Of a stretch of 63,139 bases of DNA, positions 25,750 to 38,500 are shown piece by piece. The DNA comes from Acanthaster planci (taxonomy: Eukaryota): NCBI RefSeq assembly GCF_001949145.1, contig NW_019091357.1, positions 686,671-749,809 of the forward strand, written 5' to 3'. The notes beneath the pieces are model-generated. The model was given only the letters and a program-made list of their open reading frames with translations, was not told the origin of the DNA and did not search any database. Each line of letters begins with the position of its first letter. Positions within the stretch are counted from its first letter, which is position 1. The position numbers and the translations under genes are program-made.

Positions 25750-26549
25750 ACAGGGACCACAGCAGAAAAAAATCCAGACGTTACCGGACACACGCCGTAG
25801 ACGCGACCGCCAGAGACTGATACAGTGAGAGACTCATCATATCAGTCTCAATTAGTCACTGCACTTTCCACTCATACCACTTTTCAACCCTGCTTACAGT
25901 TAAATTAAACTTACAAAACAGTTACCACTGTAATACCTCTATCAAACTAAAACTTACAACTAAAAATGGACGACTTTTTCTCTATGAAAACACACTGATG
26001 GTTAATGACACAGGCAAGTACGCTTTTTATGCACATGTAACTTACATGTGACGTACATGGCCTTCGTATACAATATACATGTACAGTGTACATGTAAACC
26101 GTACATGTATGCACGCGCTTTACACTTCCTACCTGCTGTTTTCAACGGGCGGCTTTTTTTCAAAATCTGCGCAGCCTCTATTTTTCCTCTTTCGATAAAA
26201 ATCGAATTTATTGGAAACAAAATCTATAGAATGACAATGAGTGATGATAAATAATTTTCTAATAAATGTAATTAATCTTATATTTAGTTAAGATAAATGA
26301 AAATATCATTATTTCTTTTTTTAAGAGAATAATGAAATTCATATTAAACAATCAAATGAAAATAATTGTTCGTCAGAATCCACGTGACTTTCGTCCAATC
26401 ACCATGGTCTAAAGAGACCGCCATCTTGACTTGCACTCTGAGTGGAGAAGAAGAAACTCGCGCGCTTCACCGGAACTTAATTTCACGAATTAACCATTTT
26501 CCGCCGTTGTCCCGTGTTCCGTGGTTGTTCTCCTTACTCCTGAGAAACC
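25750..26549. promoter_or_regulatory. Probable bidirectional promoter region for CSE1L and NUP153
   Basis: Divergent genes with locally raised CpG; E-box CACGTGAC (26381), CCAAT (26395), YY1 CCGCCATCTT (26418), ETS-like ACCGGAACT (26469). An acceptor lies just upstream of the CSE1L ATG, implying a non-coding first exon nearer this region. Confidence 0.65.
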
Positions 26550-29500
26550 ATGGCAAGTACGGGTGGCGGTAAGATGCGCCAAAAACGGTCGCATGGGGCC
26601 AGTAAACCGTACCAACGTACCCAACCAAAGGTGAGTTTTCGGGAAGCCACATGTCGTATTCAACCTGTAGGCCTATTGCGTGCAAGGAACTGTGCAACCA
26701 TCGTTTCCCTCGAGGGGCATGCTGTCGCCATTGCTTCGTGACTTGTCTGCATATTAGTGTTGTGTTGTACTCAATAGTCGAAGTGTTTCTTTGAAGTGTT
26801 CTTTCCATTTATATTTTGTTGTGATTTATCTAGGTAGGCCAAGGGCCTATTTTAACTTTTAAGTGATTTCCCTTTACAAATTATCAGCCTAGACCTTGCC
26901 TACACCGATTTTGGGTCAGCTCGTACCCGACAATGCCCGAGTTATGTCGTACCCAAGTTAAGTAGTACCCTGGTCAACTTTTACCCCAGTCAAGTCGTAC
27001 CCCATCAACTCGCACCCCATCAACATGATCAACTCGTACCCTAGTCAAGTCGTACCCCAGTCAACTCGTACCCCAGTCAACTCGTACCCTAGTCAACTCG
27101 TACCCCAGTCAACTCGTACCCCAGTCAACTCGTACTTTCAATGAGGATTAGGCCTACGGTTGTTTTTTCCCCTTTTTACTAATGATTACAGTTCTGTTTG
27201 TTTTTGTTTTCGGTATACGAAAAATGTTTCCTCTCCTTTTGCACTTAATTGTTATACAATCACTATTGATTATTTATTGTATTAATGATTACAATACTGT
27301 GTTTTTTTATTTTTTGATGTGCGGCCAATGGTAAATGCTAAGGATGGATAAAAAGTGATGGCTCTATCCCATTCAGAGACGCTCGCTCTTAGTAAATGGA
27401 TAAACTTTGGGTGCTTTTGAAAAAACAGTTTAGTCAAGGGTGTGACACTGTGAGATTAATTGCTATGCGGAGCCTCGGGAGGGTAGAACTAATAAGAAAA
27501 ATTAAACTTGTGTAGACCGAAACCATGTTTACCCAAGCGATGGGTGGGGTTAGGTTTTACCTGTGAAAATAGCGGGAATGCATTTTTGTGCCTTCAGGGT
27601 AAATGATTGCGATCCATCACATCAACATCCCCTCTTTCCAAACAGCGTTCGTTCTTGATGAGAGTTTATTTGACTTCTCTAAAGGCGTCATTAACCCAGT
27701 TGGCGTATTTCAAAAATAGCTCTTTCTCCCCAAAAGAAGCTGTGACATCAACCATACATGTTCGATCAGAGTATATTTACTGATTTTATTAATTCAAATT
27801 AATCAAGCTACACAAGCTGACATCAACCATACATGGGGATTTTCTTCAAAATCAGACTGGTAAAAGGAACTGTATACATGCGTTCAATAAATGTTAGCAT
27901 CATTGGGAGTACGAGTTGACTTGCGTAAGAGCCAGCCTGGGTACAAATTAACTCGGGTGTGAGTTGACCTGGGTACGAGTTAACTTGGGTGTGAATTGAC
28001 CTGGGTACGAGCTGATCTGGGTAAGAGTTAGCTCAGGTACGATTTGACCCATTATGCTACACCATGCTTTATTTCTTTGTGTACCCATTTCAACATGTTC
28101 AAGTTTTTATGCCTTGGCAAAATATTATGAAAGTTCAAGTTGGAATTGAATTGGTAAAAAGTGGGAAAAGTTTCATATATGGATGCCAATAATTCTTCCC
28201 TACAGTGACTTAGTAGCCATCAGAAAGCAAAGACATGTCCAGAAAGGTTCAATTTATGAGGGAAAATACCAAGTCGTTTACTGAGAAAACACTTACTGAC
28301 TTACAATTTTTCAGACCAGTCTCATAGGGTTTGACAACCTGGTGTCAAGTGGCTCTTTCCTAAAACGTTTCGTCATCTTTTCCTTGACTTTTTGACTAAT
28401 ATTTGAAGGGCCAGATTAGTTTACTTAACTGTTACTGTTAGAAATTTTTAAAACTTTGAAAATGCACCCCATGTACCCTGTCGTGCATGTAGGCCTAACA
28501 TTTTAGAATGTGTTTTTTTTTAAGACTGCTGGCCAATCGTAGTGCAGCTTGTGGTTCATATTCAACCATGCATGAAACAGCCATATGAAGGTTATGGCTG
28601 CAAACTGGTACAGTTTGGGGGAAAAAAATTCTACTTTTCATCAGTCTGAAGCAGGTCCTGCCTATTTAATAAAGGACTTCCTGTTTTTGAGGAAGAAATC
28701 CCGAGTGGAATGGTTTGCCAAGTAAGTAAATGTCATAATCTGGATTTGTCTTTGGTTGATGTTTATTGTGAGTTGTGTTATTTATCTTTGCAGTCGTTCC
28801 TAGATCGAGTTAAGGATCTTGTTACGCCGTCATGGCTGTCCAGTATGTGGAGCAGTGATGCTCAACATGAAACCCACACTCAACCTTTCAGCACCAAGGC
28901 ATCAACCTCCTCGTCAAACTCACTCCCTCCCAGACAGTCCATCCGAGATGGCCAGTACTGTAATCCGACAGAAACTGAATCGGAACCGGGCCCGTCTACT
29001 AAACTTACTGAAGCAGAAAAAGTATCAGAGCGAGGAGATGAGCAGCTTAACACGCCCGTTCTGCCATCCTTTGGAGGGCTGTCAGTGCCCGTGAGTACAT
29101 CAACGCCAATTGACGTTGATGAGGAAATCATTGAAATTGATTCAGGAGAGGGCACTTCAACCCAGAAAGGTAGGCACTGATGCATACCCAAAGCAAGCAT
29201 GGATCGTCTTCAACAAGTTTCCATTATCCCATGTGGATATTGTCATTGAGTCAAGTACACGTACATCCAAGTTTACGGAATTTAGCCTTGGTCACTAATG
29301 GACCTGTTCATTCCAAGTTTGTTGATTAGCCCTCACCCTCCAGGGTACTTTGGCTAGAAAAACATCTCTGCCAAAGTCTGCATCATTTGTCAAAGTGGCT
29401 TGCCTGCCCAGTGGAGCAAGGTTCCAACAGGTTGACTTTCCCAAGGCTACATGGCCTGGGAGTCTGTGGTTGCGAGTCACCACAAGATCCAACAGTGGCA

Positions 29501-32500
29501 TTGTTCAATGGGACTAGCTCCCATTGTCTCAATATGGCCAGTTTGTTCGGCTGCTGTTAATGTCCCATTACATCAAAGTGCATCAAACTTTTTCACCTGT
29601 TGCACAATGCTGCATCTGGCCAGGGTTAGGGTCGATAGACCAACACAAAAATTCCTCAGGTTGTATTCTGTTTAAATTCAGAAGGATGTTCTGAGAGAAA
29701 ATGTAACCACAGCTGTTTTCAGGTGTTTGAAGGTACCTTTGTAATTCTTCACAAAATCTGTTGGCAACAAAGTTGGTCAAAAACCTTTCAAACTCTTCTG
29801 GTAGGTTTTGAAATATCTGGGTTGGTTAGGGTTTTGTGGACTGAAATAAGGTATTACTGCCGTACCTTTGAACACTTCCAATCCTGAAACATTAGAGTAC
29901 TAATAGTTGATGGCAGAACTTAGCGTAGTTGCTGAAAGAAACTACAAACTTTTTATAGGTGTGCGTCATTGCAAATACATGCTCTCTTGCAAAAACCTTC
30001 TCCATTGTGGAATATGTTCAGAACACAGTAATTTCTGCCAGGTGTATGCCTTGTGCTGAAAAAAATGTTCTAAACAGGGAGGCTTCTTAAAAGCTCAGAA
30101 GGCTTGGGTCTTTCTTGTGGGAATATTGCTGGGTGTCATTTGAAACATACACACCTTTTGGGGAACAGCCAGGTAATTATAAGCATGAGCGTGCTCCTCC
30201 AGGAAAGACAGAAAAAGACCATCCCAGCTGGGAATTGGCACGCCATGTTCCAGATAAAGAGGTATTCCAAATAAAGGATTGCCCCAAAACTCGGAAGGCT
30301 AGGAACTTTCTAAAGGGGAATACAACTATTCATTACTCAACACTCTCACTGTTTCTGATCATGTGGAACAGCTCTGTCCTTCTGCGTCTGCGCATTCATC
30401 AATTATCAGCCCAGTTGAGCTGGGAATAGGCTTAGTGACAGAGAAGAAATGCTCCACATAAAGGAACTTGTCAACTCTGCTGGATACCCACAAGTCAGAG
30501 CACCATAACAGATTTTACTGGTCATTTCCAGTGGGAACACCCCATTTTAACTAGGAGCATGTCATAAACGTGACATTCGCCTATCAGGAATGCATTGCCT
30601 CGCAGTCTCAGATTAGCAGAAAACACTGTCGTGTTTGAGAAACCTGGTGAAAAAGTTTCTGGTATGGTTTCAGCATTCTTAGAAATGTCTCTCACCATGC
30701 CAACAAAATGTTCATTTCTCTATCTTTTTCTTTCACTCCTAACGTTAACAGTGGAGGATACGTCTGAGATCTCAGCTCCACCAAGTGTCGTTTCATCTCT
30801 CTATCCCAACCTTGATAAGTTGGAACACCAGCAGAAACTGTCCGAGTCTAACCTTGAACTTCTCTCAGGTAAACAGACACAGATTTGTTCAGTCATTTAA
30901 AACCTAACCCCTCAGCATTTTGTCTAGTAGGCTGATTCAACCTGTCAAATTCCAACACCGTTTCACTGCTGGGTGGAGTGTTATTTATGTATTCAACCCG
31001 CTTGATTCCAACAGTCCACTTGCTGTATCAGTACACAGCCCAACAAACTCGATAAAGGGTGCTTTGTTTCACAGACTTGTAGAGACACTCAAGGATAAAG
31101 GATGCTTTGTTTTACAGAAATGGGACATAGACATTCCCCAATGCCATCATCTGGTCTCTGGTCTCACACACCATCCAGCCGGTCAGCAACCACCCAAGTT
31201 AGGCCAGCGTCTCCCTTCAACCGACCTCAACAACCTGCCATTAGTACACGCAGGCCAGTGTTCAATGCTAGTTACTTCGGCACACCTAGAGGCGTAAGTG
31301 ACCACGTCCTTGCTAACGATGTCAGTTCGTGCTATGTGGAAAAAATTTAAATGTCTTGCCATTCTACTTATTGTATGGATAACAAAACTGTCTCCAGAAA
31401 CAGATTTTTAAAATAAGGCTGCATTCGAATCTGTTGTCTAGGGCTATGTCTAGGTCTTCGCTCCATTGGAAATGTGTGGAAATGGTTAGACAATAGACCT
31501 AGCCGTAGCTCTGGAAGCCCGTTTCGGACATGGCCTAAGCTGACCAGTGGCTGTAGCCAGTCCTATATGGACATGTCTCCTACCCATAGCCAGTTGATTC
31601 GGTCTCTATTTTACCCTATCTGCTGTGCCTCATTGCGCCCTCTTGTGTGCATGCACACAGCCCTAAGTGACATCTGTTCTGCGTCATTTACATCCTGCAT
31701 CTTGCAAGTCCGACAATAAACAGGCAGGATTATCTCAGGCAGGCTAAAAGAAGTTTGCTGAGTACTGTCGGTTCAAATCAAGCTCGACGCCCTTAGGGTG
31801 TCATCATGACAAAACCTGTACCAGCAACTGGGGATTCAACCCATTGTGGATGCCAGGCTTCCTACCGTGAATCATGCACCTGTTCTGCTATGCTGTCTCC
31901 AATATATGAGAATGTTCTCTTTCATCAGTAAGCACTGAAATTGAAAATGAAAACCACAGCCTGCGGAAGATGTTAACCCTAACCTCGGAGACCTATGTCC
32001 TTGAACTCCATGAATCGTGCAAACCATCTTGTAAATGTTTCGAACCATGATTAATAACCAAGGCATAAAACCTCAATGAAAACACCAAAATCCAGCACTG
32101 TAGTAAAGCAAGGACGACTTTAATTTGCAAAACTAGAAACCTCAAACCTCAGATTTACCCAAGTTAAATGACTGATGGCAGGGGTTTACAGATTTTGGGT
32201 CTTTCAAAATGAAGCAAAGCTTGAATGTACATTTTGAAGATGGTATGTTGTTTCTCACTCTCAGCTCTCCAAATTGTGTCTTTCTCCAGAGCTTGAGAAC
32301 GTCGTCATCGATGGAGTCAGCTAGCTCATCTCCCTTCTACCCAGGGAAGACAACCTATGGTGGAGCGGCAGCTCAAAGATCGGCCACTCTGAAAAGGACA
32401 AGAACGTCGCCTTACGAGGTAGGTTGGACTTACGCAGATGGATGAAATCTCATTGATGTTCCCGTTTAAAGCTGCAAAAGCTGATGTAGTTATGAATCCT

Positions 32501-35500
32501 GTTTTCTCCTCGTCTCTGTGCTAGGTTCACCTGCCCATCAAGCGATCTGTTCGGCCCAGGATGGCCAGGCCAGCAGCTGAGAGTGACATGGGAATAACAA
32601 GCAATACTGCCAAGAGGATTCTAGACACGCTGGAGAAGATGTCTACTCCCTTGTCAGATGCTAAGAGGATACCATTATCACCATCAGCATCCCCGCTAGC
32701 GATTTGGGTGAGTTCAAACACCTGTATGCCACACCTCCACCCCATGTTTTACCCCTTACCACTGAACTTACCTATGCCTACAATTCCATGTCCAAATTTT
32801 GTATTGCTTCAGATTGTTGGATTTACCAAGGAGCGTAGTCTTTGTTATATTGTATGACATTGGGAAAGGAGACCTGAATGTGACACATTGTAATTCCAAG
32901 AATCATTGTCTGGAACAAAAGTCATGAAAGTAGAGTGTTTCACCATGCTCTCCTGATAGATGTTGTTAGACAGCCACAGACCATCAACTTGCCCATCGCC
33001 TCAACTTGTAACCCTGAGCCCAATTTAAATCTAGACCATAGCTGAGATGTTTACTGCTGGAAGTGCTCTCATATCTCTCTTGGGGGACTTGTGTCTTTGT
33101 GTTGGAGTTATCACTACTTTTTCATTGCTACCAGCAATTTTTCTGTCGGTCAGATAGAGCGAGGACCAGACCATTGAAATCAATCACATCTGTTTATCTT
33201 TTAGTTGTCGTCACTTGTCATGAGTCAGTGCCTTATTCACAGTAAATTGAAGCCAGCTATTGATTCCAAAAGCAATTGATAGCAAAGCTCATCTTGAATC
33301 TTAAGTTAATGTTTGTTTTTAGGAAGAATTTTAAGCCAATTCGCGGAAGATCGGCCAATGTAATCAAAGCCAAACAAGTTAACCAAAGCGACATGTGATA
33401 TCCAAAATTTCAATTAAGTTATTATTTTTATGTATAACAGAACAAATATTCATCTTGGATTGCTTTCTTTTCCAATCTTTACCTCTGCCCTTCCAAGAAA
33501 ACTATCAAATATTTCTCAAAGAGTAGAATTTACTGGCAGTGTCTGTTGATTTCGTAGTCTAAGGAAGTGGACACACTATGTGAGACATATTCTGGTCATG
33601 AAGTGTTGAATGGAGTAGCCTTCAGTGCCTCCACAACCTTCTGGAGATGGCTGTCGTGTTTACAGTTGTTATCGTAGAATCATAAATAATGCAGGCGTGC
33701 AACTTTCCATCAGATCAGCTGATTTCCTTCTTTTCACTTCACATTCATTCCATTGGAAATTGAAAAACACTGTACAAAGTCTTGTAAAGATTGGAATTTC
33801 CTTGTTTTTGTCAAAGTCCAAGTTTTGTGGCTGGCAATGGCCTCGTGTCTTCTACATACGCAAAATAAAAATGGAGCATGGACAGAGTACCGTTATCTAC
33901 ACAACATACAGATAATGCAAACTGACATTGGATCTGATTGCCAAAGCCAATCAATAGGCCGCTGTTCCAGCATCGTCAAATTTTGTCCAATCCAGCTTTC
34001 CGGAGTTGGCCGTTATCTTACTTTAGTCATGCAAGTTGTACAGCTAGGAATCCCCTGATATTTGATCAGTAACAGGTGTTCAAGTAGCTTGTCAAGTACC
34101 TACAAAAGCAGGGCAGTTCTTTACCTCTTCCAAAGACTGCATCATAGTGATACACCTCAAGTTTTCATGGGGAACTAGTTAAGATAAGTATTACTCAGGA
34201 CAGGGGGTAGCTTAACCCTAACCCTGCCAGACACAGCACAGTGCATCAGATGAAAAAGTTGAATGCACTTTGATGCTGAAGCTGAACAAACTGGCCATGT
34301 TGAGACGATGTGAACTGGTCCTAGTGAACAATACCACTGTTGGATCTTGTCATGTAGTGTTGGGCGGTTCCAGAATTCTCAGAGCCGGTTCTGGCTCCAG
34401 CTAAGGACCGCGATCTAGAGTTGGAAAGATATAAAGAAAAGCATAAGGTTTAATAAAACACATTAAAAATCTGTCGCTGCCCCATCTCGCCGGTTGCCAC
34501 TCACAAATGGCACAACGATTGGCTTTGGGTCTTTAGTGGGCTTTAAGATTATCCATAGTGGGTTTTTTTAAATTTTATTTTTGCCTCTTCGTAGCCTAGT
34601 CATGGTTGGAATAAATCTGCAACATGCATGTACAACCATGATACAACTCAGCACTGCTTCCCCCTGCACTATATTCCACTCTACGGACATGTATAAAAAT
34701 ATTCCAATCAGAACAACTGATTCTCCATTGCAAGTACATGTAACTTTACCCGTAATACAAATGGAATCATCGACCATGCCTCGGAACTTCAGACTGGACT
34801 TTGGACTGGATCACATGTACTTATTGAACATGTGCCAACGTATCGTAAATGGCCATGGACCATGCATAAACCGGCCATTCGTCCACAGTGGCCGCATCTA
34901 AAATTCCAATACGTCCACTATCTTGTAAGCTATGCCATTGCCCAGGTCCATGCATGGAACTGGCTCTGAAGTGAGAAGTTGAGAACGGAGACACTCGCTG
35001 GACAGTAAAAACGTTGTGGACTCTGGTGCATAAGTTTGGGCAACGGCTAGGCTTTTTCTTAACCGCTTGACGATTTGGCCTGCTGTCATGCATGTGTACA
35101 ACACGTCACACGCAAGTACCAGGCAATGTTGAAGTCGTAGCCACGTGTAAAACAGTCTTCGAGCTTCATGGCTTTCGCTTCATTTTCCCTTGTGTAGAAG
35201 GGTGCCCTGCTATAATGTACAGCATGATAAACATACCCATACATGCGGCAGTGGTGACTCAGATTCTATGTTTGGAGTTGTCGACTCATGGGCGGTGAGT
35301 GGTGATAACGTGACTGGGACTCGGATTTGATGTTTGGAGTCGGCTCTTTGAATGGGGAACTGCCAATGGTGGGTGCCCAGTTCTTCACAAAAGCAGAGCC
35401 GCTGATTTCGATTTTTTTTTTGGAACCGCGGTTCCACTCAGAACTGGGAGTACTGCACAAGCCTAGTTGTGACTGGCAACCACAGACTCCCAGGCTGTTT

Positions 35501-38500
35501 GACCTTGGGGAGAGTTGACCTGTTGGATCTTGTTACACTGGGCAGGCAAATCACTTTGACACTGATATGTCTGGCTGGGTTTCTAGCCAAAGTAGGCTGG
35601 AGGTTTAGGGTCAGGGTTTAATGCAGTCAGCTGTTGAATTTGTTTTTTGATTGTGGGATCTTTGTTCAGGGTTTTCATTGGCAAATATGTGAATATACCC
35701 ATTTTAAGATTTTTTAAAATGGAAAAGAAAAATCACATCTCTTCAATTTAATTAAAATTAAAAACACTAGTTTGCCTTGCACTGATTTATGAATTTCTTT
35801 AATTTGGAATTGAATCATCTGAATCAAAATTGGCGCTTGGTCAAACCTAGTGTATGTGAGAAAGTCATCTCGCTCACCGCATAAATTGGTTGCCACTATT
35901 TCCAGTAGATAAGCCGATTCTTGGCAGTTCGGACCTTGTAATCTAAAAAGATGATTTTTTTTATTTTTTTGCTTTCCACACAGCCAAGTAGGACGACCAA
36001 ACTAAGAGCACCAACCTCCCCTCATCGAACCCCCAGGGCTGAGCACCAGGGGTGTAAGGATACCTGTTCCACCTGTGTCTGGGTTGAATATACCCCACAG
36101 CGTGAGTATAGCACGCAACAGACAGCCCCTCCTCCCTACCCCTATAGCAATTAGCACTGCCGAGGATGAATCCCAAGACGTGGAGAAGGACGCAGCAACC
36201 AGCAGGTCAAGCAGTGCGCCTGCACCAGCGATGACTATTGGTAAATTCTCCTTCAGGTAAGTTGGCTCTGACATTATGACCACGTCACCAGGGCTTGCAT
36301 CTGAGACTTAAAAGTAAAACGGCCCACGTATGACCAGCTCCAAATTTCAGTTGGAACATACGGACCACAAGGACTTACACTTGTAAATAAATAATAGGGA
36401 CGGCACGCCTTGCAGACCCATGTTTTCAGTGGAAACATATCTGGTACTTCAAGGAGGGTGTTTCCAGCCGAACATTCCAGGCATTTTGGGTTGCTAGATA
36501 TCCCTAACCCTGTCTTGCTCTTCTCGTACCTAGGCATGATGTCCCAGCCGTGTCCACCCAAGCCCCACCACCCATCTCCAGATTGGACACCACTCCAGTC
36601 CAACCTTTAACAAACAACAGGTCTAGTAGTGGTGGGAAGATGAAAGTGAAATGGAAGAATGGTCAGAAAACCAACCCCAAAGAGCAAGCTGAAGATACAG
36701 TAAGAAAACAAGATCCATCTCCTTATACTAACTCTTTAGATATCATCGCCAGGAGACTTCCTTAACTCTCCTTGTTCAACCCAAGTGTACATTTTGAATG
36801 TACCTTGGATGCACATGCTTGTTCACACCAGTGAATCTGTAGTGTATTTGCATAAGCACGGACTGAGCATTGGCAGTCTTCCTTAAGCAGAAGCACCCCC
36901 TCATCAGTTGAGAAGAGCCATGCTGGTCGGGAGTGTTGGTAGCAACGCGACGTAACGTGTGCATTTCCTAGTTGTTCGTGAACCAGCGAAGTTCAGTTCT
37001 GACCAAAGGAGCCTCCGTTACTAAGCAAATAACACCCTTTCCTGGTCCAGCTAGGGGCTCGCAGCGTCAGAATATCGCCTTGTCATCTCTTTACTGTCTC
37101 AAATGAAGGGGAGAACTTCACATGCAGTAGATACGTCTTGAATTCTGATTCTGTTTCATTCCTTTGATTTCTTTCCCAAGGTTGAGGTTGTTGATCTGCC
37201 TAACGTTCCCCTTCCCCTGAAAACCATGCCCTCGTTCAGCTTTGGCCAGACCCTCCAGCCGCCTAAATCAACAGCGCCCTCAGCGTCCATCTCGGCGATG
37301 TCGAGCTCCGGTCACGGTTTCAGGTTCACCACCTCCACGCCTGCCATCGGTGTGAGTGCACCAGCAGCCAAAAAGGACGAAGGGAGTCACGAGTTCACTT
37401 TTGCGTCGCCCATCCTGAAGCAGACATCAACGATATCAGCGCCTGAATTTGAGACTACTGAGGTAAGCTTTTATGACTAGATATGGTAGGGCATAGAGAT
37501 TTGACATTTTTGAAGTGCTTTACCCTTCACCCATCTCCTCACTGACGTATTTCAAGTCTCTTCTTCAAATTGACTTCTGATGCATCCAATTCTCTTTCCT
37601 GTCAGGCTTTTACGTTCAGCCTTCCCAAGCAACCAGAGGATTCTCCAAGCATGGCCTCATCCAAGCCATTGAACTTTGTAAACCCGTCTTCCAGCACCAG
37701 CAAGAGCAGCCTTCCTTCAGCGGCAGCCCCCTCCTTCAGGATCACCAAAGTCCAGTCTCCAGGCAAGGACAACGAGGACGAGAGTGAAGAATCAGAGTAT
37801 GGGATCAAGCCTGCCAAGACTCTCAAAACAGGAAGCTGCTTAGAAGTCTTGGGAATCAGTGAGTCATTCCGACACTTCTGATTATCAAAGCTTTATTCTG
37901 AAACGTTGATCAAAATGGCTCTCTCTCCAAACTTCGACGTGGACCTAAAATTTGAAAATGACTGGAATTGCAATGATACCCATATGGTGGAGTAATGATG
38001 GAATGTATAGATTATGTAATTTCAAGTCAGTTAGCATTCTAATTGGTGGTAAACAAGCTCAAGAACACAGCTGATTCAGTGTTACAGTTTGTGAGATAAT
38101 TATGGCAAATTGTAAGTTGCTCTGGAAAAATACTTTGCCTTTGAGAATGATTTGGCGGTGATTGGGCCCTCTAATCTTTTAGGTTATGCAATGTGAGGTG
38201 TTTACAACCATGGTTGCAAAAATGCTTGAGTGTAATGGCTTTGTCCTCATTTCTGAAGTTGCACCTGCAGAAACAGCAATGACAACATCACAAATAACAG
38301 TGGCTCCTGCCAACGACCCATTTGCAAAGTTGAAACCACCTGCTGGTGCATGGAATTGCGACACTTGCCTCGTCCAGAACAAGGCTAACGACAGCACCTG
38401 CCTTGCCTGCCAGACTCCTAAACCTGCATCAGAACCCCAGAGCAACGCCACCTCAACGACTTCAGACAGTGCCCCAGTTTCATCCAATGACTTACTAGCC

